Source: Candidatus Cloacimonadales bacterium (lineage in GTDB: Bacteria; Cloacimonadota; Cloacimonadia; Cloacimonadales; JAFGVF01). Taken from it: 64,000 nucleotides of DNA. A model generated the notes under the pieces. It had not been told where the DNA came from, ran no database searches, and saw only the letters and a list, made by a program, of their open reading frames with translations. The stretch spans positions 1,984,001-2,048,000 of the forward strand of contig OY762964.1 in NCBI GenBank assembly GCA_963667035.1, given 5' to 3'. This document shows, one piece after another, positions 30,225 to 39,118 of the stretch. The position numbers were made by a program, and so were the translations under genes. Position 1 is the stretch's first letter, and the number at the start of each line of letters is the position of its first letter.

Positions 30225-31760
30225 ATGAAAAAACTAATTTTTATAGCTATTGTTCTGATTACCATGACAGTATGTTTACATGCACAAGATCTTGAGTTTG
30301 AATATACTGATTTTACTAATCTTGATATACCATATCCATTCTCAACTGTAATGTATGAATGCGATAGTGACACGCTATTACATTTCTATAGTGTTGAACT
30401 TAACTACGATAGTAGCTTATATGTAAAGCATTTTACTTTAAATTCTCATTTTGAATTTTCGGAAATTACAACAATTGTTAGTAGTGATATATCTTCAACC
30501 GGAATTACTGTTGTTAGCTTTCATAAGATGATTGATTCAGATACATTTTTCATCAAATGCTATGATGACACTAGAAGTGTAGAGAAACTTATAAGAATTT
30601 CAAATTTTGATACAGAAACTGCATGCGTTGATATAACCAACTGGGATTCATCATTATCACTTATTGATCCAATATCTGATAACACGTTAGCAGTTTTAAA
30701 AAGATACAATGACCTTCCTTGGGAAGATAGATACACCGAATACTATAGTTATAACATATCATCTCAGAACTTTACTCTTGTTAAATCCAATCAGAATAGT
30801 ACTTCATATTTGTTCATTTTAGGCAATGAAGCTCTTATTTTTGAAGAAAATATAAATTCTGAGTATAATGCTCTGCATTATGATAGTGAATTCTGTTTTA
30901 CTGATACACTTCTGAATAACTCAGGATACATTCCTGAGAGAATATATAGTGTCAGTAAACTCTCGAATGGATACCTTGTAAGCTCCTATAGAGGTCTTAA
31001 AGAAAATCCAAATAAAGTTTGTTCACAATGGCTAATAGATTCGGAAAAGATTGACCATAAGACTATTGGCATGTATTATAGGTACTCGGTTATTTCCGAT
31101 TCATCTATAGTTGGTTTTTACAGAACAAACAGCTTGTATGATGATATGGAAGAATACTCTCTACGATACTCTGAATGCATAAACGGAGAATGGAATGCAT
31201 CGGAATTAATTCCTACAACTCTATACTCTGTAACAAGTCTCAATTATAAAAACTACATTGTTATGCCATACTTTACGAATGAAGTTGTTAATATCATGGT
31301 GTTTAACAAACATTTAGAGTTATTGGATCAAAAGGATCTTAACTACTCTGGAAGGTTTGCAGAAAGTCGAGGATATATTCTCTTTGATAAAATATTCTTT
31401 ATAGATAACAAATACAATAATGAACTAATGTATGCTTCATTTGATGTAGTAGTTCCCAACACCGAAAATGTAAGTCCGGAATTGAAAAGTATCGCGACAT
31501 CAAACTACCCAAACCCATTCAACCCAATAACAACTATAGAATATTCTGTTCCTCAGGATGGCAATGTGAGTATTGATATTTACAATATCTTAGGACAAAA
31601 AGTAAATACCTTAGTTAATTCTGTGCATTCAAAGGGTATGTACAGCATCCAATGGGATGGGAAAGATAATAACAATAAAGAACTCCCTAGTGGGATATAC
31701 TTCTATAGGATTTCACAGAATGGGAAGAGTGTTACTAAGAAAATTGTAATGATGAAATAG
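30225..31760 (+). CDS. Secreted protein with T9SS/FlgD-type CTD, paralog 3
   Basis: Signal peptide; IPYPF...DTLLHFY...HFTLNS..FSE motif; CTD nearly identical to paralog 2. Confidence 0.85.
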   Translation: MKKLIFIAIVLITMTVCLHAQDLEFEYTDFTNLDIPYPFSTVMYECDSDTLLHFYSVELNYDSSLYVKHFTLNSHFEFSEITTIVSSDISSTGITVVSFHKMIDSDTFFIKCYDDTRSVEKLIRISNFDTETACVDITNWDSSLSLIDPISDNTLAVLKRYNDLPWEDRYTEYYSYNISSQNFTLVKSNQNSTSYLFILGNEALIFEENINSEYNALHYDSEFCFTDTLLNNSGYIPERIYSVSKLSNGYLVSSYRGLKENPNKVCSQWLIDSEKIDHKTIGMYYRYSVISDSSIVGFYRTNSLYDDMEEYSLRYSECINGEWNASELIPTTLYSVTSLNYKNYIVMPYFTNEVVNIMVFNKHLELLDQKDLNYSGRFAESRGYILFDKIFFIDNKYNNELMYASFDVVVPNTENVSPELKSIATSNYPNPFNPITTIEYSVPQDGNVSIDIYNILGQKVNTLVNSVHSKGMYSIQWDGKDNNNKELPSGIYFYRISQNGKSVTKKIVMMK

Positions 31761-31808
31761 GAATTTATTGCTTTCGCATTGACGCAGTCAATGCACTCCA
31801 AATTTACG

Positions 31809-31836
31809 AAAGGGCTCAGAAATGAGCCCTTTTTTA
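31809..31836. terminator. Terminator between convergent genes
   Basis: aaagggctca-gaaa-tgagcccttt plus T-tract. Confidence 0.85.
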
Positions 31837-31852
31837 TTTTATTAATTATTCT

Positions 31853-33094
31853 TTAGTGAAGTGGATGGATAAAGAGACCGGAACGAAGTTTAGGTTCAAA
31901 CCAAGTAGATTTAGGAGGCATTATTTTGCCTGCATCTGCAATATCCATAAGTTCTTGCATAGAAGTTGGGAACATAGAGAAAGCGACTTTTTCTCCATTG
32001 TTAACTCTCTTCTCAAGTTCAGACAATCCTCGGATTCCACCAATGAAATCGATTCTTTCATCAGTTCTTGGATCACCGATACCAAGGAGAGGAGCAAGAA
32101 GGTTATCCTGCAAGATAGATACATCAAGAGCTTTTACCGGATCATTTGCGTCAAAAGTTCCTTCTTTTGCAGTAAGCTTATACCATTTGTTGTTGATATA
32201 CATACCGAATGTATGACGTGTTTCCGGTTTGTATGCTTCAGCACCAACTTCTTCAACATCGAAATGCTTTTTAACAAGCTCAAAGTACTCTTCGTCACTG
32301 TGACCGTTAAGGTCTTTTACAACACGGTTGTAGTCCATAACATAAAGCTGGTTATCAGGGAAGATAACAGCCATGAAGAAGTTGTATTCCTCTTCACCCG
32401 TAAAATCAGGATTCTCTTCTCTCAAGCGGAGACCGACTTTAGCAGCAGAAGCTGTTCTATGATGACCGTCAGCTACGTAAAGATAAGGCATTGCTTGGAA
32501 AGCTTCAGATATAGCTTTGATATCATCTTCATTATCCATAAGCCATAAAGTATGTTTAACACCGTCGTCAGCTATGAAATCATATTCAGGAGTTTTTTCG
32601 ATAGTTTTGTTTACTATTGCATCAATCGCATCTTTGTGGGGATATGTAAAGAATACAGGAGAAGCATGAGCTGCACAAGTATAAACATGTTTGATTCTAT
32701 CTGCTTCTTTAGCAGCACGAGTAAGTTCATGTTTCTTGATTATATCGTTCATATAATCATCAACTGCAGTACAACCAACCAAACCTATTTGAGATACATC
32801 ACCCATGATCTCACGGTACACGTAAAACATTGGCTTTTCATCTTGAGCCATGTGTCCATCTGTCACATATTTATCTAAGTTTTCTTTAGCTTTCTGATAT
32901 ACTGCTTCAGAGTAAAGGTCGGTTCCTTCAGGTAAATCAACTTCTGCTTTCTCAACATGGATATAGCTGAGAGGGTTTCTCTTTACTTCTTCTCTTGCTT
33001 CAGCAGAATTCATTACATCATAAGGTAATGAAGCGATATCTTTTGCTTTGCCCTTCACAGGTCTAACAGCTTTAAAAGGTCTGAATACTGGCAT
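31853..33094 (-). CDS. DUF1015 family protein
   Basis: LPYDV, IKKHELTR, YVADGHHRTASA, MPPKSTWFEPKLRSGL. Confidence 0.9.
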   Translation of the reverse strand: MPVFRPFKAVRPVKGKAKDIASLPYDVMNSAEAREEVKRNPLSYIHVEKAEVDLPEGTDLYSEAVYQKAKENLDKYVTDGHMAQDEKPMFYVYREIMGDVSQIGLVGCTAVDDYMNDIIKKHELTRAAKEADRIKHVYTCAAHASPVFFTYPHKDAIDAIVNKTIEKTPEYDFIADDGVKHTLWLMDNEDDIKAISEAFQAMPYLYVADGHHRTASAAKVGLRLREENPDFTGEEEYNFFMAVIFPDNQLYVMDYNRVVKDLNGHSDEEYFELVKKHFDVEEVGAEAYKPETRHTFGMYINNKWYKLTAKEGTFDANDPVKALDVSILQDNLLAPLLGIGDPRTDERIDFIGGIRGLSELEKRVNNGEKVAFSMFPTSMQELMDIADAGKIMPPKSTWFEPKLRSGLFIHPLH

Positions 33095-33174
33095 ACAGTT
33101 TCTCCTTAGGTATAATTTATTAGTTTATGTGTTACTTGAAATATAACATTGATTTATGTCAATTAAATAGTAAG

Positions 33175-33328
33175 TAAGCCCGTTAAGGGCTTAATATGAA
33201 TAGCCATAGGTCGAATGACCTATGGTAATGTACCACTTCTAATTCAGCCCATATAGGGCTGCAAATCTTTGGGTTTGTTACCATGGGCTAACGCCCATGG
33301 CTTTTCAAATTCTGCCCTTACCGGGCAG
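33175..33328. repeat. REP/REPIN-like element: two inverted composite REP units with a central hairpin
   Basis: Five hairpins; left unit gcccgttaagggc..tgaatagccataggtcgaatgacctatggtaa matches the reverse complement of the right unit gcccggtaagggc..tgaaaagccatgggcgttagcccatggtaa. Confidence 0.75.
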
Positions 33329-33343
33329 GATAATTGTCTTGTA

Positions 33344-33685
33344 TTATTTTAGCAGATCATTTTTCATTTTACGTAAAAGTTCATTAAATAAATCGTCTCT
33401 TGAACGGTAAAGTTGTCCGTTTTTAGCAAGTAAAGCAACTTCTTTAGACCCAAATAATTCAATTTTTAACTGGAAAAGTTCATATTCATTAAGATTTCCC
33501 ATAGAAGGATTATTGGCAGATTCTATCATTGCTTGTAAAAATCCAATATAAGCATTTCTTTTTTCTTCATACTTCCTTTCTTGATCTCTTCTTTTGTTTT
33601 GTAATACATTCTGTAAAATAGTTGATAGAATTGTACCAAAACCAATACCTCCAATCATAGTTATAATGACCTGTATCCAATCCAT
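33344..33685 (-). CDS. Small hypothetical protein with N-terminal TM helix
   Basis: ATG 33685 behind GGAGGGG; hydrophobic N-terminus then a charged helical region. Confidence 0.7.
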   Translation of the reverse strand: MDWIQVIITMIGGIGFGTILSTILQNVLQNKRRDQERKYEEKRNAYIGFLQAMIESANNPSMGNLNEYELFQLKIELFGSKEVALLAKNGQLYRSRDDLFNELLRKMKNDLLK

Positions 33686-33747
33686 TGTCCCCTCCATACA
33701 CAATTACGATAACATCATTATCTAATCATCATGAATTATTTTACTGT

Positions 33748-34491
33748 CTATTCCATCAATCCTGATGCAATAATCTCTCGGATTTCATCCATTAGGACAG
33801 CAGTTCTTTCAGGAGTTATATCATCAGGTCTAATCGGCTTATGTATATGTAGAAACATATCAGCTTTATTAAGGCATTTTCTCTCTTCATACATCTTGTA
33901 TGTTCCGTTTATTGTTATTGGTACTATAGTCGCATTGGATTTAAGAGCCAGTTTAATACTTCCTTTCTTAAACTCACCTAGTTCAGGTCCTCTGCTTCTC
34001 GTGCCTTCCGGGAAAATCACAAGAGAGTTACCTTTCTTAATGTTTGCAATACCTTTATTAATTGTGTTTCTAGCATTCTTAGCACTAGATCGGTCAATAA
34101 AAATACAACCTATAGCATACATCCACTGAGCAAAAATTGGTAATCTCATTAAGCTTTTCTTAGCAATGAATCCAACTCGCATCGGCATAGCTGATAGTAT
34201 TATCAGAATATCGAAGACTCCCTGATGATTTGATATGAAGCAGATATTCTCTTTTTCGGGAACATTCTCAATACCCTTCACAGTCAGTTTTCCGCCTGCA
34301 GTTTTGTATATATATTTAGACCAAATATTTACACAGTGATAAATGAATCTGTTACCGAATCTTTTTAGTCCTATTCCTTTCATCAACAAGCCCAAAGCAA
34401 GGAACGGTAAAGTAAATATCATTGGTATACCAAGTACCCAGATGAAGAAAAGCAATGATACAATATTATCCCGTCGTGTTTTTTTAACCAT
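33748..34491 (-). CDS. plsC: 1-acyl-sn-glycerol-3-phosphate acyltransferase
   Basis: NHQGVFD (HX4D), FIAKK, FIDR, FPEGTRS. Confidence 0.92.
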   Translation of the reverse strand: MVKKTRRDNIVSLLFFIWVLGIPMIFTLPFLALGLLMKGIGLKRFGNRFIYHCVNIWSKYIYKTAGGKLTVKGIENVPEKENICFISNHQGVFDILIILSAMPMRVGFIAKKSLMRLPIFAQWMYAIGCIFIDRSSAKNARNTINKGIANIKKGNSLVIFPEGTRSRGPELGEFKKGSIKLALKSNATIVPITINGTYKMYEERKCLNKADMFLHIHKPIRPDDITPERTAVLMDEIREIIASGLME

Positions 34492-34577
34492 TATATACTA
34501 CTCCACTAAACTATATTCATGATTAGAATTATAGAGTTAAGAGGTATGTCAATATTTTAATCGTTCTGTTTCTCGGT

Positions 34578-35584
34578 TTAGTTTCTGTTTCTCATTTCAT
34601 AGATCTTCAATATGTTTAAGTTAAGCATCCAATCATTAGATTTTTGCGTAGCAGCTAGCTCCCCTCCGGGAAACTCTGCATAGTTATATTCAAGAGAAGC
34701 AATGTCTTCATAGTTCAATCTGATTCCATATCCTTTAGAATCTCCGACAATTCCACCTTTAGCATCTTCATAACTTCCTTCTCGATAGAAGAATGTGTTT
34801 AGTAAGCCAAGTTCAAATCCATTGCCGTTAATAGGGTTACTGTTCGAATTCAAGTCTCTTTCTTTTCCAAATGTATACATGAACGATATGATTGTCTTAA
34901 AGAATGAGTTAAAACTAGGGAATAATTCAATATCACGCATAGGAATAGCTGAATAGAAGCCTAATCCATACCTTTGTGTCATTGGTAAGGAATCGGAGCC
35001 AAACTGCTCTCCATAAGAGATTTTACTATCTGTCATATTAGTGAGTGTATATCCATAAGAAGCATCAAGGTTAATGAACTCTAAATTATTCAATTCGCTT
35101 AGATGAACAACTCCCATAAAACCTATGTCTAATGCATGTGTCTTACCTTTAACTCCTGCCGGATTTCCAGTTACTCCGTTTCCTTCCGGAGCTAAATCAC
35201 TATAGACATAACCGTATGCAAGACCAACATTCAAATCTACTGCTTTAAAAAAACTATCCTTAAATTTCTCTTTATAACACTCGAATGGGTTAAATGCGAT
35301 AGTAATTTTAGGTGAAGTTTCATAAGATTCATAAGTTTCTGAATAGTCATTCTCCTCATTTGAACTTTCCATCTCTCCATAGCTCATAGTTGTACCAAAT
35401 GTAATGTTATCATCTATTATTTTGTTCATCATTGGTATTGTTAGACCAAAACCGTTATAGGTCATATTTGCATAGGAATGATAAAAATATATATCGTCCA
35501 TATTTGCTTCCTTAAACCACTCATCATTTATATAACTCACTTGCAGACCATTGTGTATTGACGCATGAGCCGGATTACTCCAAC
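34578..35584 (-). pseudogene. 5'-truncated outer-membrane beta-barrel gene (PorV/FadL-like), cut by IS3
   Basis: Native part starts at SWSNPA directly at the IS end; no signal peptide; alternating beta-strand pattern; first 29 codons of the track ORF are IS-derived. Confidence 0.55.
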
Positions 35585-35674
35585 TGTAAAGTCCTGATGC
35601 AGGTAGACACTTTTTATCATGGATAAGTTCTCTAAAGAACGAAAGTTGTCCACAATATGGTTTTACTTGCATGA

Positions 35675-36571
35675 CTAAGATGCAAGTGCCTTATTATAAA
35701 ATTCATTAGGTGTTTTAAGCTTTAGTGCACAATGCAAGCGTTTATTGTTGTAAAGATAAACTGCATCGGCGACTACTTTCCTAGCTTGTTCTATATCTCT
35801 GAATTTATCTCTCAAATAAAACTCATACTTTAGAGTCCTATTGATTCTCTCGGCTATCGCATTGTCGTAGCATTTGTTAGGACCGGTCATGCTTATATCT
35901 ACTCCACACTCTTGCAATCGATTAGTATAGATTCCTGAAGTGTATTGAGAACCTTTATCAGAGTGGTGTATCAAGCCGGGTGCAGGCTTGATACTCTTAT
36001 AAGCTTTATTGAAGGTTGCAAGTGTACTTTCTGCCGTCATGTCTTTCTGTACTGTAAAACCAACAATCTTACGACTGTAATAGTCTGTCATTATTGATAG
36101 ATAGCAATGCTTGCTATTTACTAACTGCAAATAGGTTATATCTGTTACCCAAACCTGATTAGGTCGAGTTACTGTCAGATTCTCTAATAAATTTGGATAT
36201 ACTTGATGATCCGGGTCAGAGACAGATGTATATACCTTACGAGGCTTATGTTTAAACATCAAACCATGAGCTCTGAGTATATCAAAAAGCTTATCGCGTC
36301 CAACTGTGATTGGAACTCCATATTCAGGGTCAAGAAGATGCTCCTGTAATTTACGACCTCCGGTCTCCGGTATTTCTGAACGTATAACCATTACTTTAGA
36401 GATTACCTTTTCTTCAAAATCTATCTTTTGCTCTAAGACTTTCTTCTCTTTGTAATAGCTTTTTCGGCTACATCCGAGTGCTTTGCAGGACGCTTGGACT
36501 CCGATTCGAGTTCGCTCTCTTGTTCTCTGATTCTTTGAAGTATCGACTGCCCTAATGCGCTCTTTTTTTTT
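35675..36571 (-). CDS. IS3 OrfB (DDE domain), expressed as OrfAB by -1 frameshift
   Basis: Frame is open from the slippery site through SCKALGCSRKSYY into MVIRSE; WVTDITY, HHSDKGSQY, DNAIAERINRTLKYE. Confidence 0.9.
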   Translation of the reverse strand, partial: KKKERIRAVDTSKNQRTRERTRIGVQASCKALGCSRKSYYKEKKVLEQKIDFEEKVISKVMVIRSEIPETGGRKLQEHLLDPEYGVPITVGRDKLFDILRAHGLMFKHKPRKVYTSVSDPDHQVYPNLLENLTVTRPNQVWVTDITYLQLVNSKHCYLSIMTDYYSRKIVGFTVQKDMTAESTLATFNKAYKSIKPAPGLIHHSDKGSQYTSGIYTNRLQECGVDISMTGPNKCYDNAIAERINRTLKYEFYLRDKFRDIEQARKVVADAVYLYNNKRLHCALKLKTPNEFYNKALAS

Positions 36572-36900
36572 AAGTCAATACCATATTTGTCCTTGGCTAT
36601 ATCTATCAAAGCTTCATAAACTACTGCCTTTACTTGGGCATCATCTAAGGCTTGCTTTAACATTTTTACTTCTCTTTTAAGTAATATATTTTCTGTCTCT
36701 TCTGTTTTTGACATAACATGTACCGTCCTTCCTATCCGATCATTTATTCCGTATTCATTAATCCAACGTTTCAAAGTAGAGGAGCCACCTATGTTGTAAA
36801 TAGTTCTTGCTTGGGAGATAGTTAGAACTCCATCCTCAATCTCTTTAACTACTTTACGTTTAAATACTTCACTATAACATAATGCTGTTTTCTGTTTCAT
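36433..36900 (-). CDS. IS3 OrfA (HTH)
   Basis: YSEVFKRKVVKEI...TLKRWI; coiled coil; GIDLKKK at the slippery site. Confidence 0.9.
   Translation of the reverse strand: MKQKTALCYSEVFKRKVVKEIEDGVLTISQARTIYNIGGSSTLKRWINEYGINDRIGRTVHVMSKTEETENILLKREVKMLKQALDDAQVKAVVYEALIDIAKDKYGIDLKKKSALGQSILQRIREQESELESESKRPAKHSDVAEKAITKRRKS
36562..36571 (-). other. Programmed -1 frameshift site A9G (A_AAA_AAG)
   Basis: Minus strand TTA AAA AAA AAG AGC; a -1 shift enters the OrfB frame. Confidence 0.85.
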
Positions 36901-36964
36901 TTTCTGTAAACCTTTAATTTCTCTCAGTTATATATGTGTCTACTTTATTTAGGACGTTGTATTC

Positions 36965-37034
36965 TCTCGGGTTAGTCTCCCGTTGCTCTCCCGTTGCTCG
37001 CAACGAGATAGAAACGGGAGAGAAATGAGAGAAA
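36965..37034. repeat. Six-unit 11-bp-phased array with orientation flip (TCTCCCGTT x3 then AACGGGAGA x3)
   Basis: tctcgggttag tctcccgttgc tctcccgttgc tcgc aacgagataga aacgggagaga aatgagagaaa. Confidence 0.8.
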
Positions 37035-37157
37035 AACTTCTGAAAAATGTGAAGTTGGCGGGATGCCTTAAAGGAAACAAAAGATGAAGTAAACGTCGGG
37101 ATTTGAAAGATACCTGATTTAGTAACTTTCTCTTTTTGATTTCCTAAATAAATACGA

Positions 37158-38402
37158 CTAGAATAAAATCGGGAAGCTAATCAGTACAATTACTATCCAA
37201 ACAGCATAAACAGGTAGATATAATCCGACTGTTCGGGTTACCAATTGCTCTTCACAACCTTTACGGATAAACTTAATCAAAGCAAGAATAAGCATAGCTA
37301 AATGTGCCGAAATAACAAGATTTGAACCCAGTACAGCTAATTTATTCGGAGATAATCCGTATTGAGTAATTCTATAGAATATTGCGGAAAGGGCTATAAT
37401 ATTTATAACAAATGCTACAAGACCTAAGCATAAATAGATATATCTGTATATTTTACTCTTCAAACCGTGCTTATCCAGAAGACCAAAAGAGATAATCGCC
37501 AGAACCAGAAAGAGTGAAAGGTTGAATACTAGCAGAGAGTCTCTGTTTTCATATAAACTCTTTGTAGAAAATGGCAAGAGAGCAAGATATATAAGTAATG
37601 TAACTAAAGTGATCGGGCTAAAAATCCTGACCATAATAGGAGAAATTCTGCCGGCAATATCGGGATAATTCTCAGTGATAACAAAAGCAATAATTGGAGA
37701 GATTAATGTGAACCAGAGGAAAATATTCTTCTCTAAGAAATGCTCGATATCAATATCAATAAGCTTGAAAAGTCCCAATGCCAATAATGCTATAGCGAAT
37801 AATCCCAATGCAATAACTATGGACATTATTGCTATATTCCCGTTATTTTTAACAAAATCATTTCTCTTACTTATTACCTTAAGGTCAAAATCTATATAAC
37901 TTAAGCACCATATAAACCATAGAAGAAACGGTAAGTGTAGTTTTAAAAGGAAATTCACGTCATTTATTGCCAATCCGGGAACAATGTTTATATATATTGT
38001 TAGTCCCAGCACTGTTAGAACAGTTCCCAGTATTGGTTTCAGATTTACTTTGTTTCTGTAGAATACCGTCATTAGCAATCCAGCTAAAATTATAAGGGAG
38101 AAGTTCTTTGCAAAAAACTCATCCTTATCGGCAATACCAAGCATATAGGGGATTTTTGTAAAAAGGAACATTATCGCACATATAATTATGGTTGATAAAA
38201 CCTGATGCCTTGAAGAATCTATCGATATTGCTTGCGGTTTTCTATAATTAAGTCTTGCTTTCCAAACGTTAAAGACCTTATCATCAGCCAGTTCTGTAGC
38301 AGAATTGTAGAAATCTCTCTTAAATTCTTTTTTGTCTGTTCTGTATAGTTCTTCCAGTTTTTCGGGATTATCTTTCCATTTGATGAAACTATTCTCGGGC
38401 AT
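37158..38402 (-). CDS. Polytopic membrane protein (DUF4153-like)
   Basis: ~11 TM segments; NPEKLEELYR, W.ARL, RDSLLVFN, YRITQYGLSPNKLAVLG; ATG 38402 behind GGAGG. Confidence 0.75.
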   Translation of the reverse strand: MPENSFIKWKDNPEKLEELYRTDKKEFKRDFYNSATELADDKVFNVWKARLNYRKPQAISIDSSRHQVLSTIIICAIMFLFTKIPYMLGIADKDEFFAKNFSLIILAGLLMTVFYRNKVNLKPILGTVLTVLGLTIYINIVPGLAINDVNFLLKLHLPFLLWFIWCLSYIDFDLKVISKRNDFVKNNGNIAIMSIVIALGLFAIALLALGLFKLIDIDIEHFLEKNIFLWFTLISPIIAFVITENYPDIAGRISPIMVRIFSPITLVTLLIYLALLPFSTKSLYENRDSLLVFNLSLFLVLAIISFGLLDKHGLKSKIYRYIYLCLGLVAFVINIIALSAIFYRITQYGLSPNKLAVLGSNLVISAHLAMLILALIKFIRKGCEEQLVTRTVGLYLPVYAVWIVIVLISFPILF

Positions 38403-38484
38403 TATGCCTCCCATAAAGATATAATCTATTACTTAAGAATGTTAAATATGGAATTCCGGTTGTCAATACAAAAATATGGTAAAG

Positions 38485-38511
38485 AAAAAGCCCGACTCAT
38501 AGGTCGGGCTT
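38485..38511 (-). terminator. Terminator of the pilin-like gene
   Basis: aagcccgac-tcatag-gtcgggctt with A-run. Confidence 0.8.
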
Positions 38512-38531
38512 AAAAACTTAAATTGCTTAAG

Positions 38532-38930
38532 CTATTCGCTTTTCATTCTTAAATAGAATGCTTCAGGGATAACATGATCAGGGAATTCATCATGATTAGG
38601 ACATGAGATATGAATTTCAACCTCACCATTATTGTATTTTCCATTCATTTGATACTTGTCACCTACACCGTTCTCAGGACATTCGAAAGTACTTCTGAGA
38701 TAACCTGTTCTTTTCAATTCAACAGCATCACCTGTAAAGTCTGTTTGACGGTCAATCATATATTGTTTGATAGCTTTATAAAGCTGTTCTTGTTGCTTAA
38801 TACAGATATCAGTATTCTCTCTTCTGTTAAGATTAAACATACTTGGTAAAGCAAGTATAAATATCAAAACCAAGAAGGCAACTATACTGATAATGCCATA
38901 GATGGAAAAACCTTTCTGATTTCTGAGCAT
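38532..38930 (-). CDS. Type IV pilin / pseudopilin-like protein
   Basis: Class III signal NQKG|FSIYGII, hydrophobic helix ending ILALP, Cys-containing globular domain. Confidence 0.75.
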   Translation of the reverse strand: MLRNQKGFSIYGIISIVAFLVLIFILALPSMFNLNRRENTDICIKQQEQLYKAIKQYMIDRQTDFTGDAVELKRTGYLRSTFECPENGVGDKYQMNGKYNNGEVEIHISCPNHDEFPDHVIPEAFYLRMKSE

Positions 38931-39061
38931 CTTATCTCCTAATAATTAACTTATTATTTCAATTAATATTCCTAAGCAAGCTTGAATCCGTCAAGAATTT
39001 TCTCGACTAATGAGTTTCAGCTACTCTGAATATCAATGTTAAGACTTACTAATAAAAAAAA

Positions 39062-39093
39062 GAAAAGATCCATAATTCTGTATGGATCTTTTC
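39062..39093 (-). terminator. Terminator of rocD
   Basis: gaaaagatccata-attctg-tatggatcttttc, preceded by A-run. Confidence 0.8.
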
Positions 39094-39118
39094 AATATAT
39101 CTAAAGCTAATTGTTAGC

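Larger units (their letters stand above)
35585..36961 (-). mobile_element. IS3-family insertion sequence (~1377 bp)
   Basis: Imperfect IRs tgtaaagtcctgatgcaggtagacac / tacaacgtcctaaataaagtagacac; orfA+orfB; no TSD visible. Confidence 0.85.

Noticed and set aside
25585..31760. Diversity-generating retroelement acting on the three paralogs
   Set aside because: No reverse transcriptase and no TR/VR pair differing only at adenines; divergence spans the whole genes
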